Both the position numbers and the translations under genes were made by a program. From Agathobacter sp. (lineage in GTDB: Bacteria > Bacillota > Clostridia > Lachnospirales > Lachnospiraceae): a stretch of 21,071 nucleotides of DNA. Of the stretch, positions 8,122 through 15,603 are shown piece after piece. Each line of letters starts with the position of its first letter. The stretch's first letter is position 1. The stretch is from NCBI GenBank assembly GCA_036308285.1, contig JAXJVZ010000292.1, forward strand, positions 1 through 21,071, in the 5' to 3' direction. Below the pieces are notes generated by a model. The model searched no databases, had not been told where the DNA came from, and saw only the letters and a program-made list of their open reading frames with translations.

Positions 8122-9057
8122 ATGGGAAAATTAGTTGATTTAACAGGATAGACTATAAATGGTATTGAAGTACTTGGTCGAGCCGTACATCCTACAGATA
8201 AAAGAAGAGCTTATTGGGAATGTAAATGTAGTTGCGGAAATATTTTCATTACACGTGGAGAGTCTTTAAGAACAGGACATACTAAAACTTGTGGACATTG
8301 TCCTACTAAAAAAGAACTACAAAAAATAGAAACTGAAAAGAAGCGAGATATTACAGGATAGGTCTTTGGTAGATTAAAAGTTCTTTATAAAGATGAAATA
8401 AAGAAAAATAGTTATTGGATTTGTGAATGTGAATGCGGTAACATTGTTTCTCGTAGAAAAGATAGTCTAAAATCCTAGGGAGAAAAGGCTAGTTGTGGAT
8501 GTCGTAAAAGTGAATTGACTTCATAGCAATGGAGTACTCATTTAGAAGGGTAGCGTTTTGGTAAATTAAAAGTTATTTAGAGAGTTCTTCATAATGAATT
8601 ACGTTCTTTATGGGAATGTCAGTGTGATTGTGGAAATGTAGTTTTTTTCCCAACTAGATATTTATTATCAATGAATGTAAAGAGTTGTGGTTGTGAAAGT
8701 CGTTCTTATGGAGAATTAGAAATCCGCAAGCAACTTAAAGAATTATCAATATCTTTTAAAGAACAATATACTTTTTCAGATTGCTTGACTGAAAATAATA
8801 GACCTATCCGATATGATTTTGCTTTATTTGATGAAAGTGAAAATATTATTTGTTTAATCGAATATAATGGTTAGCAACATTATCAAGCAATAGATTATTT
8901 TGGAGGGGAAGAAAAATTTAAATAGCAATAGTTGCGAGATAATATAAAAAGGAATTATTGCTTAAATAAAAATATTCCTCTTATTGAAATTCCTTATACT
9001 CAGTTAACTAATTTAAATATTCAACAAAAATTATAGGATACGGGTGTGTTAAAATAA
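8122..9057 (+). CDS. freestanding homing-endonuclease-like protein: three N-terminal zinc-ribbon repeats (…G(Q)xFGRLKVL…W.C.C.CGN…) plus C-terminal Vsr/DUF559-like domain (RYDFALFDE…LIEYNGQQHY…IPLIEIPY); 10 in-frame TAG codons
   Basis: A GGAGGAG RBS lies 7 nt before the ATG at 8122. The 311-codon frame has 10 TAGs and no TAA or TGA until the TAA at 9055-9057. TAGs fall at repeat positions where the paralog at 6371-7117 has K or Q (LTGQ/LTGK). The ORF track finds only a 67-aa piece (8671-8874). Confidence 0.6.
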
Positions 9058-9362
9058 TGATTAAATTATGGATTGATGATATTCGATTACCGCCTCATGA
9101 AGGTGAATGGATATGGGTAAGAACTGTTAATAGTTGTAAAAATCTTATTGACAGTCTGACCTTTAATACTGAATTGGTATTGAGTATTGACCATGATAGT
9201 TCTGTCTATCACGCAGAGGGCGGCGACTATATTAACATTCTCAACTATCTTGAATATTTGCAGTGGATTAACGTAAAGGTTTATATTCATTCTATGAATG
9301 CAGTTGGTTGTGTTAATATGCGCGCCATTATTGAGCGCAATGGCTGGAAGGAAGTATTTTAA
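9057..9362 (+). CDS. cyclic-phosphate processing receiver (CPR, CheY-like receiver fold) domain protein
   Basis: The start overlaps the upstream stop (TAATG). The sequence MIKLWIDDIRLPPHEGEW…LSIDHDSS…GGDYINIL…VYIHSMNAVGCVNMRAII matches the remembered CPR consensus (WLDDxRxxP … DHDLG … GG.G … IHS.NpvG.eNM). Assigned from memory, without a search. Confidence 0.55.
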   Translation: MIKLWIDDIRLPPHEGEWIWVRTVNSCKNLIDSLTFNTELVLSIDHDSSVYHAEGGDYINILNYLEYLQWINVKVYIHSMNAVGCVNMRAIIERNGWKEVF

Positions 9363-9592
9363 TGATACCATTTGAGATATATACATTTGTTACTGGCTTA
9401 CTTCATTTAATGATAATAATGATATCGCTAGAGAATGTCGGCCTTCAATGGATTAATCCAATTGTAATTTACAATAATGTTCATGTCAATTGGTTTGGAT
9501 GTATTGTATTAACTATTTTAGCCCATATTGTTGCAGGACCTTGGGTTGTTTTTTACTGGTTTTATAAACTTTGTACTGTAGGGAGAAAATAA
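9362..9592 (+). CDS. small hydrophobic membrane protein (76 aa, 2-3 predicted TM helices)
   Basis: TAATG overlap with the CPR gene stop. The sequence is hydrophobic (…LHLMIIMISL…, …IVLTILAHIVAGPWVVFYWF…). Confidence 0.4.
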   Translation: MIPFEIYTFVTGLLHLMIIMISLENVGLQWINPIVIYNNVHVNWFGCIVLTILAHIVAGPWVVFYWFYKLCTVGRK

Positions 9593-9594
9593 TA

Positions 9595-9762
9595 ATGAAA
9601 AGAAATATGGAACAATTAGTATCGGAACTTTTTGAAATTGCAGATGAATTTTGTGCTCGTGAAATAAGTAATAATACTGTATATGAAAAGTTTCATTCAG
9701 TAAGCTGGGAAGAACTTTGTGATAAAGGTATGGAAATTCTTGAAGAAATGAAAGTAGGGTAA
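9595..9762 (+). CDS. hypothetical acidic protein (55 aa)
   Basis: A GGGAGAAAATAATA spacer precedes the ATG at 9595. The gene is translationally coupled to its neighbours. Confidence 0.4.
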   Translation: MKRNMEQLVSELFEIADEFCAREISNNTVYEKFHSVSWEELCDKGMEILEEMKVG

Positions 9763-9764
9763 TT

Positions 9765-9908
9765 ATGTGCGGAAGTAAATGTGCTTGGTGTAAAAATTCT
9801 ACGCCGACTGAAAATGGTGGATGGAAATGTCCTTGGATATCTTGTCATTTGAGTGAGTATGAAATTAAAGAAATTATGCTTAGATTGGCAGGAACAAAGG
9901 GGTATTAA
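9765..9908 (+). CDS. small Cys-rich (zinc-ribbon-like) protein (47 aa: CGSKCAWC…CPWISCH)
   Basis: The ATG is 2 nt after the upstream stop. There are eight Cys or His residues in 30 aa. Confidence 0.35.
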   Translation: MCGSKCAWCKNSTPTENGGWKCPWISCHLSEYEIKEIMLRLAGTKGY

Positions 9909-9982
9909 TGGTTTATTTGGGTGCTATTGTTATAATGGGAATCGCTTTTGCAATTCTTATTAGTGAATGTGAGAGGAGATAA
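9908..9982 (+). CDS. tiny hydrophobic peptide (24 aa), uncertain
   Basis: TAATG overlap. It may only be a coupling spacer. Confidence 0.15.
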   Translation: MVYLGAIVIMGIAFAILISECERR

Positions 9983-9983
9983 T

Positions 9984-10289
9984 ATGCGCGGAAGCTATCA
10001 ATTAAGGGAATGGGAAGAAACGCGAGTTAAAAATATGATTGCTAAGGCAATTAAAGACCTTAAAGAATATGAAATTGACAAGATTGATTTCACTCGGGAA
10101 GATGTAAATCCATACAATCTTCGACAGGGTTTGGAGTTTAATGGCTATAAATGGTCTGATGCTGAAAGTAATTGTTATGATTTTTGGTGGTATTTCACCA
10201 AAGAAAACGAACCTAGGGTATGCGTATTTTTTGATGCTCAGACTTTTGATTTAAATGTAAGTCTGTGTGATTATGAGGAGGATATGTAA
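9984..10289 (+). CDS. hypothetical protein (101 aa)
   Basis: A GAGAGGAG RBS lies 5 nt before the ATG at 9984. The longer upstream start at 9948 in the ORF track has no RBS. Confidence 0.5.
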   Translation: MRGSYQLREWEETRVKNMIAKAIKDLKEYEIDKIDFTREDVNPYNLRQGLEFNGYKWSDAESNCYDFWWYFTKENEPRVCVFFDAQTFDLNVSLCDYEEDM

Positions 10290-10445
10290 GTGGAACTGGT
10301 AAATATCTTTATGGGGATGGGTATAATTTCTACTATCCTGGGCGGAGTGGCTTGGTATAATAAGAAGGACGAAGTGGCAAATGATGCTGCTCTAACTGCA
10401 GGTGGATTTTTCGTCCTTGCTATGATTGGAATGTTGTTTTTTTAA
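10290..10445 (+). CDS. small two-TM membrane protein (51 aa), holin-like size class
   Basis: A GAGGAGG RBS lies 8 nt before a GTG at 10290 (alternative ATG at 10311). The sequence is hydrophobic (GMGIISTILGGVAW … GGFFVLAMIGMLFF). It is the last gene before the terminator. Confidence 0.35.
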   Translation: MELVNIFMGMGIISTILGGVAWYNKKDEVANDAALTAGGFFVLAMIGMLFF

Positions 10446-10476
10446 TGGGGCATATATCGTGCCCCATTTTCTTTTT
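10445..10476 (+). terminator. rho-independent terminator (AATGGGGCA / TGCCCCATT stem followed by TTTCTTTTTTT)
   Basis: A GC-rich hairpin plus T-tract lies immediately after the TAA at 10443-10445. The T-tract runs into the -35 of P5. Confidence 0.7.
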
Positions 10477-10505
10477 TTGATTTTTATTAAAAAATATGTT
10501 ATAAT
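10477..10505 (+). promoter_or_regulatory. sigma-70-type promoter P5 (TTGATT 10477-10482, 17 bp, TGtTATAAT 10497-10505), followed by a ~95-nt leader
   Basis: Cassette copy. The leader ATATATACAAGGTTAAGAGAGGTT… is longer than in the other copies and contains a possible 8-bp hairpin (TTAAGAGA/TCTCTTAA). Confidence 0.7.
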
Positions 10506-10601
10506 ATATATACAAGGTTAAGAGAGGTTCAAAAGAATAAAAATCTCTTACCCATAGCTAACTACGAATTAACTGGCGACGAGCCAGAGAGGAGAATGGA
10601 A

Positions 10602-11408
10602 ATGGAAAGATACGAAAAAATCATGGAAGGTGTCCATGATCACTTTGAGGAAGCTCTTCAGTATTTCCCTAAAGATAACATTGTTGGCGTCTTTTTACAG
10701 GGTAGTCAGAACTACGGTCTTGACACCGAAAATTCTGACATTGATACCAAGCTTATTGTTACTCCCACTTTTGAAGACCTGGCACTGAACAAGCAGCCTC
10801 AGTCTACTACTCATGTGCGAGCCAATGAGGAACATATTGACTTCAAGGATATTCGTCTGTATATTGACTGTTTCCGCAAGCAGAATCTGAACTTCCTTGA
10901 AATTCTTTTCACTGATTACTTCATTGTTAACCCCTTATATGCTGAGCAGTGGCAGCGACTGGTAGATGCTCGTGAGGACATCGCTCATATGAACCCTTAT
11001 CGCTCTATGCAGTCTATGGCTGGTATGTGTGCCGAAAAGAACCACGCTCTTCAGCATCGTTATCCTGCCAAGCAGCACATCATTGATGAACATGGTTACG
11101 ATGGTAAGCAGGTTTCTCACCAGGAGCGAGTACGTCATGCCATGATTAAGTATGCCGCAGGTGAATCCTACTGGAATTGTATCCATGAACCCTTTGAGCC
11201 TTATTACCTCAAGATGCTGAAGCGCCACGGTCTTAAGTGTGAAGAAGCAGTTGCTTTGAGCAATTGGAGTCTGGAGCAGACTAAGGCTCTGCGTGATGAG
11301 TTCTGTCAGACTCATCCCAATAGCGAAAACGAAACGACTCTCGCTCTACTGCGAGACGTCCAGAAGGAAATCATGAAAATCAGTGTTAAGAAGGAGCTGT
11401 CTGTATGA
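10602..11408 (+). CDS. Pol-beta-superfamily nucleotidyltransferase (GS-x9-DxD core: …GVFLQGSQNYGLDTENSDIDTKLIV…), resembling RlaP/PF10127-type NTases linked to RNA-repair systems
   Basis: A GGAG RBS lies 7 nt before the ATG at 10602 (the ATG at 10596 is too close to the RBS). The classic minimal NTase motif is hG[GS], then a second acidic dyad. The specific family is assigned from memory only. Confidence 0.55.
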   Translation: MERYEKIMEGVHDHFEEALQYFPKDNIVGVFLQGSQNYGLDTENSDIDTKLIVTPTFEDLALNKQPQSTTHVRANEEHIDFKDIRLYIDCFRKQNLNFLEILFTDYFIVNPLYAEQWQRLVDAREDIAHMNPYRSMQSMAGMCAEKNHALQHRYPAKQHIIDEHGYDGKQVSHQERVRHAMIKYAAGESYWNCIHEPFEPYYLKMLKRHGLKCEEAVALSNWSLEQTKALRDEFCQTHPNSENETTLALLRDVQKEIMKISVKKELSV

Positions 11409-11968
11409 TTATTCTCGGTCTGATTGTTGGTGCTGTTTATTCTTTATTCGCTGCGGCAATTCTTGCTTTAGTTTTCCTGCCATTGGCTTTGTTAGCTGAA
11501 TGGCTTTTTGAAAATATTACCCCTTGGTCCAGACTGGATGAAACAGTTCCTAAGTTTATTATGACAATTTGGATTGTTCTCTCTCTTGCAATAGGCATGG
11601 TGGCTGGTATCCCCACTGCTATGATTGATACTGTAGAATGGGGCGAACCTGTTAAGTATGTATCTCATGAAATTATTAACCTTGCCGACAACAATGAGAT
11701 TGAAGGCAAGTTTACTGGTCGTTATGTACGAGGTTATATTGGAGAAAAAACCACTTATCACTATTACTTTAAGACCTATGATGGTGGTATGGAACTCCAA
11801 AAGGCAGGCTCTGATAATACCAAAATTTATTTCACCGATGAAAAGCCTCATGCAGACTGGTATAAGAGTGAACGTACTTATTGGAGACATACTGAAACCA
11901 AGTATTTTTGTAAGATTTATATTCCGGAAGGAACTCTAACCACGGAATTTACCATTGATATGGAATAA
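11405..11968 (+). CDS. membrane protein (187 aa; N-terminal 2-3 TM helices plus soluble beta-rich C-terminal domain)
   Basis: ATGA overlap with the upstream gene. The sequence is hydrophobic (IILGLIVGAVYSLFAAAILALVFLPLALLA and IMTIWIVLSLAIGMVAGI). It lies directly upstream of the cell-wall hydrolase and could be a holin or spanin-like partner. Confidence 0.5.
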   Translation: MIILGLIVGAVYSLFAAAILALVFLPLALLAEWLFENITPWSRLDETVPKFIMTIWIVLSLAIGMVAGIPTAMIDTVEWGEPVKYVSHEIINLADNNEIEGKFTGRYVRGYIGEKTTYHYYFKTYDGGMELQKAGSDNTKIYFTDEKPHADWYKSERTYWRHTETKYFCKIYIPEGTLTTEFTIDME

Positions 11969-11985
11969 TAGAAAGGAAATGAATT

Positions 11986-12660
11986 ATGGCTATCTATACG
12001 AATGGCAAGTATCTCAAGAATCAGCCTACCGCAGTTAACCCTAAGAGAAAGCCCAAGAAGAAGAAGTTTAAGATTCGCCTGTCCCCGCTGATGAAGAAAG
12101 TAATTGCCTACGCATTGGTAGTCGTAACTCTTATCAGCGTGCCGATGCTCATTCAGCACAAGCATGATAAGGACAAGTATGAAGCTGAGATTGCGGCAAT
12201 CACTCAGCAATACGAAGACCGTATTGAACAGCTAAACCAGGAGCACCAGAATGAAATTCTTGGTATTCACCAGGAATATGAATATGGTGGCAATGTAAGT
12301 GAAATTGAGCAGGAAGCAGAATATATCTCTAAGGTTGTTTACGGCACAGCAAAGAACCATTCTGTAAATGACCAAAAGGCAGTTGTATGGTGTATTCTGA
12401 ACCGAGTAGAAAGCACAGGCTATCCCGATACTGTGCAGGGCGTGTGCGAGCAGCCTAAGCAGTGGATGGGTTATAGCGAAGACAACCCTGTGATGGAATC
12501 TATCTATAACATGGTTCTGGAAATTCTGAAGACTTGGCACAATAACGGACATCGTCCCATGGGTAAGGAGTTCGTGTTCCTGTCTTGGTCTTCCAAGGAA
12601 ATCCTTCTGCGCGACACCTTTGAAGAGAATAAGAATACTCGCTATTGGCGCATTTATTAA
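11986..12660 (+). CDS. membrane-anchored cell-wall hydrolase of the SleB/CwlJ (Hydrolase_2) family, a putative endolysin
   Basis: An N-terminal Lys-rich stretch is followed by a signal-anchor (VIAYALVVVTLISVPMLI). The C-terminal KAVVWCILNRVESTGYPDTVQGVCEQPKQWMGY matches the SleB-type consensus (…VV.NRV….FP.T…Vv.Q..Qf…). Confidence 0.6.
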   Translation: MAIYTNGKYLKNQPTAVNPKRKPKKKKFKIRLSPLMKKVIAYALVVVTLISVPMLIQHKHDKDKYEAEIAAITQQYEDRIEQLNQEHQNEILGIHQEYEYGGNVSEIEQEAEYISKVVYGTAKNHSVNDQKAVVWCILNRVESTGYPDTVQGVCEQPKQWMGYSEDNPVMESIYNMVLEILKTWHNNGHRPMGKEFVFLSWSSKEILLRDTFEENKNTRYWRIY

Positions 12661-12663
12661 GAC

Positions 12664-12700
12664 AAATCCCTCTTGTATATACAAGAGGGATTTTTTATTT
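12664..12700 (+). terminator. rho-independent terminator (30-nt perfect palindrome AAATCCCTCTTGTAT/ATACAAGAGGGATTT followed by TTTTATTT)
   Basis: It starts 4 nt after the TAA at 12658-12660. Confidence 0.75.
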
Positions 12701-12799
12701 AATCATGTCTGCGCAAGTCTGCTACGTACGCAGACAGCCACAGGTCCGTCATCCAAAACCAAAATTGCTTTTCAAAATTTCTAATTAAAAATATCTCAA

Positions 12800-12828
12800 T
12801 TGATTTTTTATAAAAAATATGATATAAT
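12800..12828 (+). promoter_or_regulatory. sigma-70-type promoter P6 (TTGATT 12800-12805, 17 bp, TGaTATAAT 12820-12828)
   Basis: Cassette copy with leader ATATATACAAAGTTAAGGAAAGGAATTGAAAAAAAT before the ATG at 12865. Confidence 0.7.
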
Positions 12829-12864
12829 ATATATACAAAGTTAAGGAAAGGAATTGAAAAAAAT

Positions 12865-14331
12865 ATGAATTTTAGAAGAATGGTTATGCTGTACAGTGAC
12901 TCCTATAAGCAGTGCCACCCCAAGATGTATCCTGATAATCAGGAGTATCTGGTTTCTTACTTGACTCCTCGAAAGGCTATGAATGAGAACTTCCCCAAGA
13001 TGGTTGTTTATGGTGTTCAGCCTTTCATTTTTGATATGATGGATGCCTTTGATGGTTTCTTTGCCACTCCTCTGGAATGGGCAATGTATGATTATGATAA
13101 GTACATTGGCACCCATCTAGGTCTGGATAATGTAGCTCGTGAGCGTATTGTTGAATTACATGAGCTGGGTTATCTGCCTCTGGAAATCCGCGCTCTGCCC
13201 GAAGGCTCTGTTGTCAATATGGGTATTCCCATTGTCGAGATGCGTAATACTCATCCTCGTTTCGCATGGCTGGTTCAGTGGGTTGAGTGCCTGCTCCAGA
13301 CTGAAGTGTGGCCCATGTGTGCTTACGCAACTGTGGGTTGGGAATATCATAAGGTCGCTGAGAAGTACTACAATATGTCTGCGCCCGGCGCAGACCCCTT
13401 CATGGCAATGGCTGACTTCGGTTTCCGTGGTATGAGCTGTATGGAAGACGCAACTCGTTGCTCTGCTTCTTGGCTGCTGTCTTTTAATAAGACCTCTACT
13501 ATTCCTGCTCTGCCCTATCTGGATGATTATTACAATGCCGATTGCGCCAAGAATAAGATTGGTATCGGCGCTGTTTCCACCGAGCATTCTGTTATGGCAG
13601 CTAACTTCGCAATTGATGGCGATGAAATCTCCTTTGTTAAGCGTATGCTGACTGAGATTTATCCTAACACCAGCTTCTCTATGGTATCTGATACCTATGA
13701 CTACTGGAATATGGTGGACAACATTATCCCCGCTTGTAAGGAAGAAATCCTGGCTCATAATGGCAAGCTGCTGATTCGTCCTGACTCTGGCGACATGGTT
13801 TCTATTACCATCGGCACCATCCAGAAGCTGTGGGATGAGTTTGGCGGCACTGTGAATGAAGCAGGTTATAAGGTGCTGGACCCTCATATTGGTCTGATTT
13901 ATGGCGATGGTTGTACTCTGAATAAGGTCACTGAGATTTATGAAACTCTGGCTCAGCTTGGCTTTGCTGCCACCAATGTGGTTTTCGGTGTTGGTGCTTT
14001 CTGCTTCCACGCCCTGTTCTCTCCCGACAATAAGTTCACTGTGTTGACTCGCGATACTTGGGGTATGGCAATGAAGGCAACTTACGGTGTGTTTGGCGGC
14101 AAGGAAGTTCCTATCTTCAAGGATCCCAAGACTGATAATGGTTTGAAGAAGTCTCAGAAGGGTTGCTGCCGTGTATGGTATAACGCGCAGGAAGATATTT
14201 ATACCTGCACTGATGGTTATAGCGAATGGGTTGAGGATGATAATACCCAGCTGATTTCTGTTTATAAAGATGGCGAATCTATTAATGAGCAGGAGTTCCT
14301 TAATATCCGCGCTCGTCTGTATGGAGGTTAA
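12865..14331 (+). CDS. nadV: nicotinamide phosphoribosyltransferase family enzyme (NAMPT/NadV-like; could alternatively be a Namat-type nicotinamide ADP-ribose transferase of the same fold)
   Basis: Many conserved NAMPT blocks are present: SDSYK, LPLEIRALPEGSVV, ADFGFRGMS, MVSDTYDYWN, LLIRPDSGD, GLIYGDGCT, VFGVGA and FKDPKTDNGLKKSQKG. These are close to the human NAMPT counterparts TDSYK, LPIEIKAVPEGFVI, HDFGYRGVS, VVSDSYDIYN, LIIRPDSGN, VIQGDGV and FKDPVADPNKRSKKG. Confidence 0.8.
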   Translation: MNFRRMVMLYSDSYKQCHPKMYPDNQEYLVSYLTPRKAMNENFPKMVVYGVQPFIFDMMDAFDGFFATPLEWAMYDYDKYIGTHLGLDNVARERIVELHELGYLPLEIRALPEGSVVNMGIPIVEMRNTHPRFAWLVQWVECLLQTEVWPMCAYATVGWEYHKVAEKYYNMSAPGADPFMAMADFGFRGMSCMEDATRCSASWLLSFNKTSTIPALPYLDDYYNADCAKNKIGIGAVSTEHSVMAANFAIDGDEISFVKRMLTEIYPNTSFSMVSDTYDYWNMVDNIIPACKEEILAHNGKLLIRPDSGDMVSITIGTIQKLWDEFGGTVNEAGYKVLDPHIGLIYGDGCTLNKVTEIYETLAQLGFAATNVVFGVGAFCFHALFSPDNKFTVLTRDTWGMAMKATYGVFGGKEVPIFKDPKTDNGLKKSQKGCCRVWYNAQEDIYTCTDGYSEWVEDDNTQLISVYKDGESINEQEFLNIRARLYGG

Positions 14332-14332
14332 T

Positions 14333-14785
14333 ATGGTAACTTTTCATAATGGAAATATTCTTGATTCTGGGGCAGCAGTAATTTGCCACCAGGTCAATTG
14401 CCAGGGCAAAATGAATTCTGGTGTAGCAAAAGCTATCCGTGAGAAATGGCCCGAAGTATATACTAGGTATCGAACTAAATATGAATGTGAAGTGGATTTG
14501 CTCGGTCAAATTCAGCCTGTAATTATAAATGCAGATCAAGCTGTAATTAATATGTTTGCGCAATATAATTATGGATATGATAACCGCAGATATACTTCTT
14601 ATGACGCCTTCTGGTCTTGCCTTGGTGAAATTAAAAAGTATATCAATCCAGAAAAGACTATCGCTTTCCCCGCTCGCATTGGATGTGTGCGTGGTGGCGC
14701 AAACTGGAGTGTTATTCTGAAAATGATTGAAGAAGTTCTCGGTGAGGACTATAATGTTGAGATTTGGGATTTTGATAAGGGGTAA
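14333..14785 (+). CDS. macro-domain protein (ADP-ribose binding / ADP-ribosyl-hydrolase fold)
   Basis: A GGAGG RBS precedes the start. The segment GNILDSGAAVICHQVNCQGKMNSGVAKAI resembles the macro consensus GDIT..DAIVNAAN..L.GGGGV..AI. The segment IAFPARIGCVRGG resembles the C-terminal IAFPaIstGvyG motif. Confidence 0.55.
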   Translation: MVTFHNGNILDSGAAVICHQVNCQGKMNSGVAKAIREKWPEVYTRYRTKYECEVDLLGQIQPVIINADQAVINMFAQYNYGYDNRRYTSYDAFWSCLGEIKKYINPEKTIAFPARIGCVRGGANWSVILKMIEEVLGEDYNVEIWDFDKG

Positions 14786-14790
14786 ATAAA

Positions 14791-15594
14791 ATGAGAAATG
14801 GTTTTGATGCAGAATTTGAGATCATGAATATCATTGATGATATTCGTCATTACTTTGCTACCAATGGTAGTAAGGATACTAAGGCCATTATTGGCATCTC
14901 CGGTGGTAAGGATTCTACCATTGCTGCTGCCCTACTGGTGCGCGCACTGGGTAATGATAGGGTCATTGGCGTTCTAATGCCTGATGGCGATCAGAAAGAT
15001 ATCGCAGATGCTCGTGCAGTATGTGAATATCTGCATATTAAGAATTATACTATTAATATCAAATATACTACTGCATCCTTTATCGAGGATATTGAGAGAA
15101 ATTCTGATCTTCTACCCAATGGAGCAGTTCATACTAATATGCCTGCGCGTGTGCGTATGACTACTCTGTATAATATCGCTGCAATGGTTGGCGGTAGAGT
15201 CATCAATACTGGCAATGCTTCCGAAGCTTATGTTGGTTATACGACTAAGTATGGAGACCTTGCTGGCGACTACGCAGTTCTGCGAGATTATTATGTCACT
15301 GAAGTATATAAGATTGGTGATGCACTGAATCTGCCCGAACATCTGGTCCATAAGGATCCCTCTGATGGTATGAGCGGTAAAACTGATGCAGATAATATGG
15401 GCTTCTCCTATGAAGTTCTGGATGATTATCTGATTAATAATAACGTACCTAGTGCAGATATTCTGAAGAATATTCTGGATAGACACGCAAGAAATAGACA
15501 CAAGGAAGCTATTCGTCTGCCGCACCCCGAATGCCGCAGCCGCACTGTTCGCCAGAAGTATGCAAATGACGAATATTGCCCCTTTAGTTTTTAA
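14791..15594 (+). CDS. nadE: NAD+ synthetase (NH3-dependent NadE family, PP-loop ATP pyrophosphatase)
   Basis: A GISGGKDSTIAAAL PP-loop (SGGxDS) is present. Blocks VIGVLMP, NMPARVRM..LY, NTGNASE and VGYTTKYGD match NadE blocks (GLSGGIDS, NIKARMRM, GTGNKSE, GY.TKYGDG). The size of 267 aa is typical of single-domain NadE. Confidence 0.75.
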   Translation: MRNGFDAEFEIMNIIDDIRHYFATNGSKDTKAIIGISGGKDSTIAAALLVRALGNDRVIGVLMPDGDQKDIADARAVCEYLHIKNYTINIKYTTASFIEDIERNSDLLPNGAVHTNMPARVRMTTLYNIAAMVGGRVINTGNASEAYVGYTTKYGDLAGDYAVLRDYYVTEVYKIGDALNLPEHLVHKDPSDGMSGKTDADNMGFSYEVLDDYLINNNVPSADILKNILDRHARNRHKEAIRLPHPECRSRTVRQKYANDEYCPFSF

Positions 15595-15603
15595 GGAGAT
15601 AAT

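Noticed and set aside
8065-8670. An apparently non-coding or pseudogenised stretch upstream of ORF 8671-8874
   Set aside because: It is the continuous coding sequence of the 8122-9057 gene. Repeated zinc-ribbon modules and TAG placement at equivalent repeat positions argue against decay.
13156-14010. 284-aa minus-strand ORF inside the nadV-like gene
   Set aside because: It is antisense to a gene with unambiguous NAMPT motifs. It has no RBS and unusual Ser/Arg/His-rich composition, and is a shadow ORF.
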